Assembly: GCA_964499635.1 (NCBI GenBank)
Contig: CAZCLY010000011.1
Location: 97,424 to 161,423, forward strand
DNA: 64,000 bases
Source: an uncultured Gemmatimonadota bacterium
Lineage (GTDB): Bacteria; Gemmatimonadota; Gemmatimonadetes; Palauibacterales; Palauibacteraceae
Reading direction: 5' to 3'
The notes under the pieces were generated by a model that searched no databases, was not told the DNA's origin, and saw only the letters and a list, made by a program, of their open reading frames with translations. Below are positions 36,716-46,747 of the stretch, in pieces. The first letter of the stretch is position 1. Each line of letters begins with the position of its first letter. The position numbers and the translations under genes are program-made.

Positions 36716-39349
36716 CTACTCGATGCGCAATGCCTCGGTGGGATCCATGCCCGCCGCTCGGCGGGCCGGGATCAGCACGGCCGTGAGCGCCACGAGCACC
36801 AGCACCCCGGCCACGAGCGCGAAGGTGCGCGGATCGCTCACCGACACCTGGTACAGGAGCGCCCTCAGCGTGCGGGACAGCGCCAGCGCCCCGAGCAGGC
36901 CGATCGCCAGCCCCGGCACGATCACCCGCATCTCCTGCGTCACGATCATGCGGAGCACCTGCCGGGGAGCCGCCCCCATCGCGAGCCTGACGCCGATCTC
37001 GCGCGTGCGACCGGCGACGGAGCCCGCCGTCACGGCGTAGACTCCTACGGCCGCCAGCAGGAGCGCCACCGCGGCGAACCCTACGAGGAGCGTCATGAAC
37101 ACCCTTCGCGTGGCGACCGAGCGTCCGACGATCGTCTCCAGCGTGGCGATATCGGACACGGGTTGGAGCGGATCGATCTCTGCCAGCCGTCTCCGGATGG
37201 CCGGAACGAGCCCGACGGGGTTTTTGTCGGCCCGCACGACCAGCGACAGACCCGTAAAGGCCACGAGCGCCTCGGGGACATAGATCGTGCCCTCCACGGG
37301 GAGGTCGAGGCCGTCGTGCCGGATATCGCCGACCACGCCGATGATCTCCTGCGCGCCCTCCGTGGCCCAGCGGAACTCGAGCCGCTGGCCGACGGCGTCC
37401 CCGTCGGGCCAATAGCGCTCGGCGAGCGACCGGCTGATGATCGTCACCTGTCGCCCATCGCGGCCATCGCGCTCCTCGAACGTCCGTCCCTGGATGAGCG
37501 GAATCCGCATCGTCTCGAAGTAGCCGGGGGTGGCGACGCGCTTCTGCGCGGTGGGCGACTCCTCCGGGGCGTAATCGCGACCCGGGATCACGAACGTGCC
37601 GTCGGTATCGGAACCCTCGAGGGGTACGTGGCTGATGGCCGCCGCCCCGCTGACCCCGGGAACGGTCCGGATCCGGCGCAGGGCATCATCGAAGAACTGC
37701 ACACGGGATTCATCCTCTGCGTACCGGTTGGTGGGGAGATCGATCTCCAGGCTGATCACCCCTGCCGGCTCGAAACCCGGGTCCTGGCGCATGAGCCGCA
37801 GCATGCTGGTGACCATGAGACCCGCCCCCACCAGGAGGATCACCGAGAGCGCGATCTCGGCGCTCACCAGGAGGCGGCTGAAGCCGCGCGCGGCGGGGCT
37901 CCCGGAGACTCGCCCCGGAACGCTCTGCTTGAGATCGACGGCGATCCGCCGGCCCAGCACACGGGCGGTGGGCGCGAGACCGAAGATCACGGCCGCCAGC
38001 AGCGAGATGGCCGTGGCGAACACGAGCACGGTGGCGTCGAGACCCGGGGTGGCCAGCAGCGCCGCCCGGGCCGCCGCCTCGGTCACATAGCCGCTCGCCA
38101 GCCGTGACATCCCGAGACCCATGGCGCCGCCCAGCAGGCCGACGACGAGACTCTCCGTGAGGAGCTGTCGCGTGAGCCGCAGCCGGCCGGCCCCCAGGGC
38201 GCTCCTGACCGCGAATTCGCGCGTGCGCCCGGCCGCCTGCGAGAGAAAGAGGTTGGCGAGGTTCGTGCACACGATGAGGAGCAGGAAGCCCACCGCGCCC
38301 CACAGGACGAGGAGGAGCGACCGGACATCCCCCACCAGGCGCTCGCGCACGCCCTGGAACGAGAGCCGGTGATCGGTCACGCCGCTGTCGACCAGCCCCG
38401 CCGCCATGGCCTCCGCCCGGGCCACCGCTTCCTCGCGTCCCAGACCGGGTTGAAGCCGGCCCACGACCCTCAGGAAGTGGAGACCGCGCGACATCCAGTC
38501 GCGGCGCACGAGCGGAAGCCACACGGCGACCTCGTCCCGCTCGGCGAGGATGCCGGCCCGGGCCGGCATCACGCCGATGATCTCGCGGCGCTCGCCGTCG
38601 AGCTCGATCGAGGTGCCCACGACGTCGCGACGGGCGTCGTAGCGGGTGCGCCAGAACTGCTCCCCCAGCATCGCGACCCGGGCCCCCGACTCCACGTCGG
38701 ACGGGAGCAGCCCCCGTCCGACGAGGGCGGGGAGGCCGGCCACGCCGAGCACATCGCCGGCCGCGATGCCGGCCTGCAGCCGCTCGGGCCCGGCAGGGCC
38801 CCGGGCGGTGACACCGCTCCCGTAGATGGTCGCGATGCTGCGCAGGAACGTCCCCTCGCGCTGCCAGTCCTCGAACTCGGGGTAGGAGACGGGGGTCGGC
38901 GTACCATCCTGGTCGTCCCACAGGAACACGACATCCTGCCCGTCGGGGAAGGGGAGGGGCCTCAGGAGCGTGGCATCCACGACGCCGAAGATCGCGACGT
39001 TGGATCCGATGCCGAGGGCGAGGACGAAGACCGTGGCGAGCGCGAATCCCGGCTTGCGCCGGATGCGGCGAAGCGCGAAACGCAGGTCGGTCGTCAGCTC
39101 GGCCAGATACTCGCGTCGCCGCGCGCGTCGCTCCCGCTCGCGGCTGAGCGTGCGAAGCTCGCCTCTCACCCGCTTCACGTCTCCGAACATGCGCAGCGCC
39201 TCCTCCCGCGCGGCCCCGGGGCTCCAGCCCCGGGCGACGAGATCCCGGATCTGCATGTCGAGGTGGAAGCCGACCTCGTCCTCGACCGCCTCCTCGATCC
39301 GGCTGCCCAGCGCGTCGCGCAGGCGGTCACGCGATCCGTCCTCGCTCAC
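36716..39349 (-). CDS. Duplicated MacB/FtsX-type ABC permease (ADOP-like), no ATPase nearby
   Basis: Permease-prefix EVGFHL..A.R.FG, DLRFALR..R..PGF, LALGIG.N, twice R.RE..VR.A.GA, and RRAA.MDP.EALR.E. Confidence 0.93.
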   Translation of the reverse strand: MSEDGSRDRLRDALGSRIEEAVEDEVGFHLDMQIRDLVARGWSPGAAREEALRMFGDVKRVRGELRTLSRERERRARRREYLAELTTDLRFALRRIRRKPGFALATVFVLALGIGSNVAIFGVVDATLLRPLPFPDGQDVVFLWDDQDGTPTPVSYPEFEDWQREGTFLRSIATIYGSGVTARGPAGPERLQAGIAAGDVLGVAGLPALVGRGLLPSDVESGARVAMLGEQFWRTRYDARRDVVGTSIELDGERREIIGVMPARAGILAERDEVAVWLPLVRRDWMSRGLHFLRVVGRLQPGLGREEAVARAEAMAAGLVDSGVTDHRLSFQGVRERLVGDVRSLLLVLWGAVGFLLLIVCTNLANLFLSQAAGRTREFAVRSALGAGRLRLTRQLLTESLVVGLLGGAMGLGMSRLASGYVTEAAARAALLATPGLDATVLVFATAISLLAAVIFGLAPTARVLGRRIAVDLKQSVPGRVSGSPAARGFSRLLVSAEIALSVILLVGAGLMVTSMLRLMRQDPGFEPAGVISLEIDLPTNRYAEDESRVQFFDDALRRIRTVPGVSGAAAISHVPLEGSDTDGTFVIPGRDYAPEESPTAQKRVATPGYFETMRIPLIQGRTFEERDGRDGRQVTIISRSLAERYWPDGDAVGQRLEFRWATEGAQEIIGVVGDIRHDGLDLPVEGTIYVPEALVAFTGLSLVVRADKNPVGLVPAIRRRLAEIDPLQPVSDIATLETIVGRSVATRRVFMTLLVGFAAVALLLAAVGVYAVTAGSVAGRTREIGVRLAMGAAPRQVLRMIVTQEMRVIVPGLAIGLLGALALSRTLRALLYQVSVSDPRTFALVAGVLVLVALTAVLIPARRAAGMDPTEALRIE

Positions 39350-39410
39350 GAGCCCCTCCGGGAGCCCGCGGCGGTCGCGCAGCCGATCGCGCGGCGCATC
39401 GACGACACGC

Positions 39411-39752
39411 TCAGGCGGGGGCTTCGGTGGCCTCGACGACCTTCCACACCGCCTCCGAGAAGCGGCTCCAGCTCGAGATCTCGCGCTCGAGCTGCTGTCG
39501 GCCGCGTCTGGTGAGCCGATAGTACTTGGCACGCCGGTTGTTCTCGGACGTGCCCCAATCGGCCTCGATGAGCTCCCGGTTCTGAAGCCTGTGGAGCGCG
39601 GGGTACAGTGCCCCGTCCTCGATCTGGAGGGCCCCATCGGTCGTGCGCTTGATCCACGTCACGACTCCGTAGCCGTGGGCCGGCCCCCAGCGCAACGCCT
39701 TGAGGATCATCAGGTCGAGGGTGCCCTTCAGCACGTGGACATGGTCTCCCAC
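39411..39752 (-). CDS. PadR family transcriptional regulator (acidobacterial type)
   Basis: GTLDLMILKAL, HGYG, GALYPALHRL and WGTSENNRRAKYY.LT. Confidence 0.95.
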   Translation of the reverse strand: MGDHVHVLKGTLDLMILKALRWGPAHGYGVVTWIKRTTDGALQIEDGALYPALHRLQNRELIEADWGTSENNRRAKYYRLTRRGRQQLEREISSWSRFSEAVWKVVEATEAPA

Positions 39753-39820
39753 CGGTTCCTCGCGGCTCGGGAAGCGGGCGCGGGCGACCGACGATGAGCG
39801 TCCTCCCGGACGTCGGCCTA

Positions 39821-39874
39821 CCCCTATGAGTCATAGGGGGAACGATGCCGCGTCTCTCCTATGAGCACAAGGGG
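39821..39874. promoter_or_regulatory. Putative PadR operators
   Basis: Perfect palindrome CCCCTATGA-G-TCATAGGGG (39821-39839) and a degenerate copy CTCCTATGAGCACAAGGGG (39856-39874). Confidence 0.75.
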
Positions 39875-39999
39875 GAGAGAGGGCCGCGCATGGGCGTGCT
39901 CGGGGCGCCCTCGCGAGCCCCGGCGGGATGGGTGCATCTTCGGCTCGGCGATCCGGCTCGGCCGGGTTCCTCGATACCCCAGCGCCCGGGAGGGCTCGC

Positions 40000-42900
40000 A
40001 TGTCATCACGCACCGCTCGCATCCTGGTCATCGCGCTCGCGGCGTTCGGCGTACGCTCGCTCGCCGCCCAGGAGTCGGTGTCCGAGCGCGCCGTGCGGGC
40101 CATCGACGGGCTCGAGCTGCGCGAGCTTGGGCCTGCCGTGACGGGCGGGAGGGTGGCGGACATCGCGGTCGACGAGGCGAACCCGCGCACGTTCTACGTC
40201 GGGTTCGCGACCGGCGGGGTGTGGAAGACCACCAGCGACGGGATGAGCTGGAAGCCGGTGTTCGACGAGCAGCCGACGGCCTCGATCGGCGACGTTACGC
40301 TCGCGCCGTCGAACCCCAACGTCGTGTGGGTGGGGACCGGCGAGCCCCAGAACCGGCAGAGCTCGCCGTGGGGCGCCGGGGTGTTCCGCTCCACCGACGG
40401 CGGACGCACGTGGCGTAGCCTCGGGCTCGAGGACACGCGGCACATCGGCCGCATCGCCGTGCACCCCACGGATCCGGACGTCGCCTACGTCGCGGCGGTC
40501 GGGCACCTGTGGGGTCCGAACGAGGAGCGCGGCGTGTACCGCACGCGGGACGGCGGCCAGACGTGGGACAAGGTGCTGTACGTGGACCAGAACACCGGGG
40601 CGATCGACCTGGTGATGGACCCCGACGATCCGAAGACGCTGTTCGCCGCCATGTACCAGCGCCGTCGCACGGGCTTCGGCTTCGCGGCCGGCGGAGGGGG
40701 CTCGGGCATCTGGCGCACGCTGGACGGCGGCGAGACCTGGACGCGTCTCGAGGAGGGGCTCCCCGACACGGAGATGGGCCGCATCGGGCTCGACATCTAC
40801 CGCCGCGACGGGAACCTGGTGTACGCGACGATCGAGGCGAAGGGGGACGGGACCGGGCTGTACCGGTCGACCGACCGTGGCGAGACGTGGGAGAAGGTGG
40901 GGGACCGGAACCCGCGTCCGATGTACTTCTCGCTCGTCCGCATCGACCCCCGGAACCCGGAGCGCATCTACCTGGGGGGGACGCAGCTGTCGATCTCCGA
41001 TGATGGCGGGAAGACGTGGTGGGAGGGCGATGCGGCCGAGGACATCCACGTCGATCACCACGCCCTGTGGATCGACCCGTGGGATTCGAACCACGTGCTG
41101 CTGGGCTCCGACGGCGGCCTCTCGACGAGCCGCGACGCGGGGGAGCACTGGCGAATGATCGACAACCTGCCCGTGGGCCAGTTCTACGAGGTCGGCTACG
41201 ACATGCGCGACCCGTACCACGTGTGCGGCGGGCTGCAGGACAACGGGAACTGGTGCGGCCCCACGAACAGCCTCACGACGTACGGCGTCCGGAACTCCGA
41301 CTGGTACATGGTGTGGTCGGGGGATGGGTTCTACAACGTCCCCGATCCCACGAACCCCGACCTCGTGTACACCGAGTCACAGGGGGGCTTCCTGTCGCGC
41401 TATCACGTGCCGTCGGGGGACCGGCAGAGCATTCGGCCCGTGCTCCGCGACGAGGAGCAGGAAGAGGCAACGGGGGCGGAAGCCGAGCCGGCCGAGCTCG
41501 AGCCCGCCGGGGGCGCGGAGGCCGGGGCGACCGGAGAGCCGGAAGCTGAAGAAGCACAACGAGATGAGGAGTATCGCTTCAACTGGAATACACCGGTGCT
41601 CGTCTCGAGCCACGATCCGGCCACGATCTACGTGGGGGCCAACTTCCTGATGCGATCGCGTGACCGCGGCATGTCGTGGGAACAGGCCGGGCCCGACCTC
41701 ACGAAGCAGATCGACCGCGACACGCTCCCGATCATGGGGATGGAGCTCGATGACGAGACGCTGTCGCGGAACGACGGCATCGAGTCGTACGGCAACATCA
41801 CCACGATCGCCGAGTCGAAGCAGTCGCCGGACGTCCTGTACGTGGGCACCGACGACGGCAACCTGCAGGTGACGACCGATGGCGGGGGCACGTGGACCAA
41901 CGTCGCGGGGCGCGTGCCGGGGCTCCCGCCTCGCACCTACGTGAGCCGCATCGAAACGTCCCATGCGGTGGCAGGTCGCGTGTACGCGAGCTTCGACGGG
42001 CACCGGAACGACGACTACCGCCCCTACGTGTACGTGAGCGAGGACCGCGGGCAGACGTGGCGCTCCCTCGCGGCCGGGCTGCCCGACGGGTGGTCGGTGA
42101 ACGCGGTGCGCGAGCACCCGCGCAACCCCGACCTGCTGTTCGTGGGGAACGAGATCGGAGTGTTCGTGTCGGTGGACCGCGGAGCCTCGTGGGCGCGGCT
42201 GGGGGCGAACTTCCCGACCGTGCCGGTGGATGACATCCAGATCCATCCGCGCGAGAACGACCTCATCGTGGCCACGCACGGCCGGAGCTTCTGGATCCTC
42301 GACGACGTGGGGCCGCTCGAGCACGCGACCGAAGCGCTCGCCGAGGACGTGTACCTGTTCCCGGTGCGGCCCGCGACGCTGTGGACGATCGCGGGCGGGT
42401 GGCCGTTCCAGAGCGATCGCTTTCAGGCCGCCGACCCGCCGCACGGGGCGATCATCCGCTACCGGCTGAGCGAGGCCCTCCCCGAGCCGGCGGCCGACTC
42501 CTCGGAGACGTCCGCGGCCGACTCGACGCGCGCGCCGCGAAGGCTCGAGATCCTCGACGGTTCCGGCGAGGTCCTGCGCACTCTCGAGCCGGCGAACGAG
42601 CCGGGTATCCGGCAGGTCGTGTGGGACTTCACCTATGATCCGCCGTTCGAGGGTGGAGGAGGGGGCGGCGGCTTCTTCGGCGGGGGAGGGAACGCGCCGC
42701 GCGCGCTGCCCGGCACCTACACGGCGCGTCTCACGGCCGGGGACGTGAGCCGGGAGACCCGGATCGAGGTCCGCGCCGATCCGCGGCTCGACGCGACGCC
42801 CGCGGACCTCCAGGCCCGTCTCGACGCACAGCTCCGCATGCACCGACTGCGGAAGCCGCTGCGCGACGCGAACCAGCGCCTCGAGGAGATGGGCGACCGC

Positions 42901-43299
42901 GTGGGCGCCATCCGCGAGCTGCTCGACGACGCCGACCTCGACGACGAGGCGCGTGCGCCGCTCGACGAGGCCGTGGACGCGTTCGCCGAGCGTCTGGGGG
43001 ACGTCGAGGACGACCTCGAGGAGGCGAACCGGCTGGGGACCGCCCTGTTCGGCATCGCTCTCTCGAGCCTGAGACCGACCTCGGATCAGATGTGGGCCAT
43101 CGAGCGCACATGGGCCGCTGCGCCGCCCGTGCTCGAGCGGGTGAACGCGCTCCTCACCGACGAGCTGCCGGCGCTCGAGGCACGGCTCAACGCGGCCGGC
43201 GTGCGTCCGAGGCTCGGCGAGCCGGTGGAGATCCCGGACCCGGACGGCTCCGTGGGTCAGCCTCCGCCGGCCGCCTTGACCAACACCGATCCCCCGTAG
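40000..43299 (+). CDS. Secreted BNR/VPS10-like multi-propeller protein (putative glycosyl hydrolase)
   Basis: RELGPAVTGGRVAD, many Asp-boxes, HVDHH, GGLQDNG and ATHGRSFWILDD; signal peptide ending LAAQ. Confidence 0.92.
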   Translation: MSSRTARILVIALAAFGVRSLAAQESVSERAVRAIDGLELRELGPAVTGGRVADIAVDEANPRTFYVGFATGGVWKTTSDGMSWKPVFDEQPTASIGDVTLAPSNPNVVWVGTGEPQNRQSSPWGAGVFRSTDGGRTWRSLGLEDTRHIGRIAVHPTDPDVAYVAAVGHLWGPNEERGVYRTRDGGQTWDKVLYVDQNTGAIDLVMDPDDPKTLFAAMYQRRRTGFGFAAGGGGSGIWRTLDGGETWTRLEEGLPDTEMGRIGLDIYRRDGNLVYATIEAKGDGTGLYRSTDRGETWEKVGDRNPRPMYFSLVRIDPRNPERIYLGGTQLSISDDGGKTWWEGDAAEDIHVDHHALWIDPWDSNHVLLGSDGGLSTSRDAGEHWRMIDNLPVGQFYEVGYDMRDPYHVCGGLQDNGNWCGPTNSLTTYGVRNSDWYMVWSGDGFYNVPDPTNPDLVYTESQGGFLSRYHVPSGDRQSIRPVLRDEEQEEATGAEAEPAELEPAGGAEAGATGEPEAEEAQRDEEYRFNWNTPVLVSSHDPATIYVGANFLMRSRDRGMSWEQAGPDLTKQIDRDTLPIMGMELDDETLSRNDGIESYGNITTIAESKQSPDVLYVGTDDGNLQVTTDGGGTWTNVAGRVPGLPPRTYVSRIETSHAVAGRVYASFDGHRNDDYRPYVYVSEDRGQTWRSLAAGLPDGWSVNAVREHPRNPDLLFVGNEIGVFVSVDRGASWARLGANFPTVPVDDIQIHPRENDLIVATHGRSFWILDDVGPLEHATEALAEDVYLFPVRPATLWTIAGGWPFQSDRFQAADPPHGAIIRYRLSEALPEPAADSSETSAADSTRAPRRLEILDGSGEVLRTLEPANEPGIRQVVWDFTYDPPFEGGGGGGGFFGGGGNAPRALPGTYTARLTAGDVSRETRIEVRADPRLDATPADLQARLDAQLRMHRLRKPLRDANQRLEEMGDRVGAIRELLDDADLDDEARAPLDEAVDAFAERLGDVEDDLEEANRLGTALFGIALSSLRPTSDQMWAIERTWAAAPPVLERVNALLTDELPALEARLNAAGVRPRLGEPVEIPDPDGSVGQPPPAALTNTDPP

Positions 43300-44012
43300 C
43301 GGAGGTGGGGGCTCTCGGCCGCGATGCGTCGGGCCTCTTCCTCGGACGACGCACGGATCACGATGAAGCCGACGAGACTCTCGCTCGGCGGGGTGTCGGG
43401 GGTTGTCTCGGTGACACCCCCCAGCGGGCCGCGAGCGAGGAGGACCCCGGGGGCGCCGCCGAGCTCGTAGCCGGTCACCAGGCGGCCCTGAGCCTCCAGG
43501 CCGTCGAACCAGGACATGTACGCCTCGGTCCGCTGCATCTCGTCCGGAGGCTCGAGTCGCTCCCGGTCGGGCCATACGCCCTCGAACAAGAGGAAGTAAG
43601 GCCGAAGCTGCGGATTGGGTAGCGTCGCCGGGGGGGCGACGGACTCGGGACTGGGCCCCGGCAGCGTGGCGAGCGGCGGCGCCATCAGCCCGCGCGCGAA
43701 CCAGCCGCCGGCGGGGAGGAGGAGGAAGGCGGCGATCGTGGCGGCACGACGGAACATCCTGCGCCGATCGGCGCGCCGCGCGGCGTCCCGTTGGGCCGAG
43801 ATGGTGGCCCGGGCCGCGTCGGCGAGCGGCGGCACGGCGGCTCCGGGCGAACGGGCGAGGCCGCGGATGGCTTCGAGACCGCGCCGGGCATCCTCCAGCT
43901 CGGACTTGAGCGTGGGCGAGACGGCGAGCTCGCGCTCGACCTCCTCGCGCTCCTCCGCGGTCGCGCGTCCCTCCAGGTAGCGCAGGAGCCGATCATCCGT
44001 TCGATCGTTCAC
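43257..44012 (-). CDS. Anti-sigma factor with C-terminal YciI-like domain
   Basis: N-terminal LLRYLEG..EEVE helix, one TM segment, then YFLL..Y.SW..L..G..L..ESLVGFIVIRA.S.EEA..IA..SPHL..GG.V. Confidence 0.75.
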   Translation of the reverse strand: MNDRTDDRLLRYLEGRATAEEREEVERELAVSPTLKSELEDARRGLEAIRGLARSPGAAVPPLADAARATISAQRDAARRADRRRMFRRAATIAAFLLLPAGGWFARGLMAPPLATLPGPSPESVAPPATLPNPQLRPYFLLFEGVWPDRERLEPPDEMQRTEAYMSWFDGLEAQGRLVTGYELGGAPGVLLARGPLGGVTETTPDTPPSESLVGFIVIRASSEEEARRIAAESPHLRYGGSVLVKAAGGG

Positions 44013-44590
44013 GACACCTCCTCCTGTCCGCGCTCGGCGCCCAGCAGGACACCGAGCTGCCGAAGGCCGCGGTACACGCGCGAGGCGACCGTGTTGGGGG
44101 AGGCCCCCGTCGCTTCGGAGATCTCCGCGTAGCTGAGCTCGCTCAGGTATCGAAGCACGATGGCTTCCTTCTGGTGTTCGGGCAGCCGGTCGAGGGCCGC
44201 GCGGATACGTCGGTTCATCTGTTCGCGTTCCAGGTCGTCGGTCTCGGACCCGAGGACTACGAGCCGCGGGGCGGCGGCCTCCAGGTCGGTGTAGCGCGCC
44301 GCGCGCTTCAGACGGCGTTGCTCGTCCCGGCAAAGGTTCACGGTGACCCGGTGGAGCCAGGTGCTGAGGCGGGCCTCGCCCCTGAGGCTGTCGAGCGAGC
44401 GATACAGCCGGATGAACGCCTCCTGGGCGGCCTCTTCGGCGGCTACGGGGTCCCCCAGGAGGTGGAGGGCGAGACGATAGACACGCCCCTCGTGCCGCTC
44501 CACGAGGCGTCGGAACGCATCCTCGTCGCCCTCCGCGGAGCGGCGGAGCAACTCCGCCGTCTCCGGGGCCTGGACGTGATCCGACGTCAC
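44009..44590 (-). CDS. ECF RNA polymerase sigma factor
   Basis: GDEDAF..LV..H, AEEAAQEAF, STWLHRVTVN, LSYAEI and TVASRVYRG. Confidence 0.95.
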   Translation of the reverse strand: MTSDHVQAPETAELLRRSAEGDEDAFRRLVERHEGRVYRLALHLLGDPVAAEEAAQEAFIRLYRSLDSLRGEARLSTWLHRVTVNLCRDEQRRLKRAARYTDLEAAAPRLVVLGSETDDLEREQMNRRIRAALDRLPEHQKEAIVLRYLSELSYAEISEATGASPNTVASRVYRGLRQLGVLLGAERGQEEVS

Positions 44591-45237
44591 CCGCCGAGCT
44601 CCACCGAGGCCGGGTCGACGAACTCGGTGGTGACGATGACCGTCAACGCCAGAGGCTTCCCTTCATCGAACGCGATGAACGGATACTGCGGGGTACCGGG
44701 GAGCCCGCCGATCTCCTCGTTGGTGCGGTAGGGCGTGTAGACCATCACGTGCGGGTTCCACCTCCCGACGTTCCGACCGAGGTACTGTCCGCCGGACAGC
44801 ATGTAGCTGAACGCCGGGGCCGGAACGGGCCGGAAGCGTCCGCTCGCGAACCCGGCGTCGATCTCGCGCTCGATTTCCTCCTCGTCGCGCCCGGCGAGCC
44901 GGAGACGGGCCTCCTCGAACTTCACGGGCAGCACGTACTCGCTCCCGATCGCATCGACGCACTGGGGTGCGCGAACCTGCGGGTCGGCGGTCCGCTCCAC
45001 GAAGCAGTGGAACCCGTTCGACCCTCGCCGGGCCAGACGATAGCCCTCGGCGGTGAAAACGGATACCGCCGCGCCGGCGTGCAGCGAGGGTGGCCCGGCC
45101 GACAGCGCGAGGCGGATCTCCTCCTGGCGGTCCATGAGCTCGACCGGGGGGGCGGACTGCGCGACCAGGGAGACCGTGCCCCAGGGCGCGAACGCCAGGA
45201 CGAGCAGACTCCGGACACCACGTGACACGGACGACAT
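44587..45237 (-). CDS. Secreted hypothetical protein, first gene of the ECF operon
   Basis: Signal peptide; EIRLALSAGP, G.NGF.C.V.R, PQC, SYMLS and PHVM.Y.P; GAGGAGG RBS. Confidence 0.8.
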   Translation of the reverse strand: MSSVSRGVRSLLVLAFAPWGTVSLVAQSAPPVELMDRQEEIRLALSAGPPSLHAGAAVSVFTAEGYRLARRGSNGFHCFVERTADPQVRAPQCVDAIGSEYVLPVKFEEARLRLAGRDEEEIEREIDAGFASGRFRPVPAPAFSYMLSGGQYLGRNVGRWNPHVMVYTPYRTNEEIGGLPGTPQYPFIAFDEGKPLALTVIVTTEFVDPASVELGG

Positions 45238-45282
45238 CGGTCCTCCTCGTTGAGAGCGGCTCCCGTGCTGGTCCGATCGTTG

Positions 45283-45309
45283 GACGTCGGCACGCCGTCA
45301 CGCATTGCA
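45283..45309 (-). promoter_or_regulatory. Possible ECF-type promoter
   Basis: TGCAAT-17 bp-CGTC upstream of the ECF operon. Confidence 0.4.
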
Positions 45310-45407
45310 CGCCGCCGGCCCGTCCGGGTCGCCCGGGTCGTCTCACCGATGTACGATCAGCCGATCGAGCGGTCAGCGGTCCGACGACAGCCCCGAGGGA
45401 GGGACAC

Positions 45408-46064
45408 GTGCGTTCCCCAGCTCCGACACTCGTGTTCGCGGCCGGTGCTCTGCTGGCGGCCGCCCCCTGCGCGCGGGCCCAGGACGGCGATCCGCCGCCC
45501 CCGGAGGGCTGGGTGGTGCGGCCGGACCACGGCAGCGCGGACGGCATTCACTTCATGGAGATGCCCCCGGGATTCCACATCACGTCGGGGCAGGCCGCCA
45601 TCTTCTACGATCCCCGGCGCACGGCCGCGGGGACGTTCCGCGTCGAGTCCGAGATCTTCCTGTTCGACCCCGGGGCCCGCAACGAGTCGTTCGGCGTGTT
45701 CATCGGGGGACGCGACCTGGCGGGGGGCGGCCAGACGTACCTCTACTTCCTCATCCGCGGCGACGGGGCCACGCTGGTCAAGCGTCGCGAGGGGACGGAG
45801 ACCACCATCCTGCGGGTGTGGCGGCGCTATGACGCGGTCGAGAGCTGGCCGGAAAGGGAGGAGGGCGCCGCCACGGCCCGCAACGTCCTCGCGGTGGAGG
45901 CCGGCGCCGGGGAGCTCGTGTTCTTCGTCAACGGGACGGAGGTGGCGCGCATCCCGCGGGCAGGGGAGCCCGTGGATGGGGTCGTCGGGATCCGGGTCAA
46001 CGATGGCCTCGACCTGCACGTGACGTCGCTCGACGTCACGGCGCTCGACGGCCCGGGCGACTGA
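45408..46064 (+). CDS. Secreted ConA-like beta-sandwich hypothetical protein
   Basis: Signal peptide ending ARAQ; M.PG.H.T.G.A.I.Y, FG.FIGG..L, YFLIR.DG, F.VNG and G..G.RVN. Confidence 0.75.
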   Translation: MRSPAPTLVFAAGALLAAAPCARAQDGDPPPPEGWVVRPDHGSADGIHFMEMPPGFHITSGQAAIFYDPRRTAAGTFRVESEIFLFDPGARNESFGVFIGGRDLAGGGQTYLYFLIRGDGATLVKRREGTETTILRVWRRYDAVESWPEREEGAATARNVLAVEAGAGELVFFVNGTEVARIPRAGEPVDGVVGIRVNDGLDLHVTSLDVTALDGPGD

Positions 46065-46189
46065 CGGCCGGCGGGACGGCCCCCCGCCCCGCCCCCGGCC
46101 CCGCGCTTCACGCGCGAGGGGTTCCTCGCGTTCGCAGGGTGGGCCGGGCGCGGTGCCCCGACCCGTCCACCACGAGTGGAGGCGGCGAC

Positions 46190-46675
46190 ATGCGCGAGGT
46201 CGATCGGATCCTCGACCAGCTCGAGCGATCCAGACGCGGCGATTCCTGGCACGGACCGGCTCTCGAGGAGGTCCTCGCCGATGTGGATGCGGAGACGGCG
46301 GCGGCGCACCCGATTCCGGGAGCGCACAGCATCTGGGAGCTGGTATTGCACATCACGACGTGGCAGGACGTGGTGCGGCGGCGGCTGACGGGCGAGGCGG
46401 TGGTGCCGGGGGATGACGAGAACTGGCGGGCGGTCGAGGACCGCTCGGAAGGTGCGTGGGACGCGGCGCGGGCGGCGCTCGGCGACGCGCGCGCGAGGCT
46501 CGAGAGGGAGGTCGCGTCGCTCGACGATGCGGCGCTCGATCGAGCTCCGCGTCGGGGCGCGCGGACCCGGTACGTGCTCCTGCACGGGGTGCTCCAACAC
46601 GACTTGTACCACGCGGGCCAGATGTCGCTGCTCAGGAAGGCGTTGGGCGCGCCCGCGGGGGATGTCGCCGGCTGA
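46190..46675 (+). CDS. DinB family protein
   Basis: WHGP, HSIWELVLH and HDLYHAGQ. Confidence 0.92.
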   Translation: MREVDRILDQLERSRRGDSWHGPALEEVLADVDAETAAAHPIPGAHSIWELVLHITTWQDVVRRRLTGEAVVPGDDENWRAVEDRSEGAWDAARAALGDARARLEREVASLDDAALDRAPRRGARTRYVLLHGVLQHDLYHAGQMSLLRKALGAPAGDVAG

Positions 46676-46747
46676 GCGCGCCGCGAGAATGACAACCGCG
46701 GCCCGGCACGTCATGTTCCGCGAAGCCAAACCACGGAGGCCACGCAC

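Noticed and set aside
43257-43299. 43-bp convergent gene overlap
   Set aside because: Looks like a simple run-on tail, which is common in high-GC genomes.
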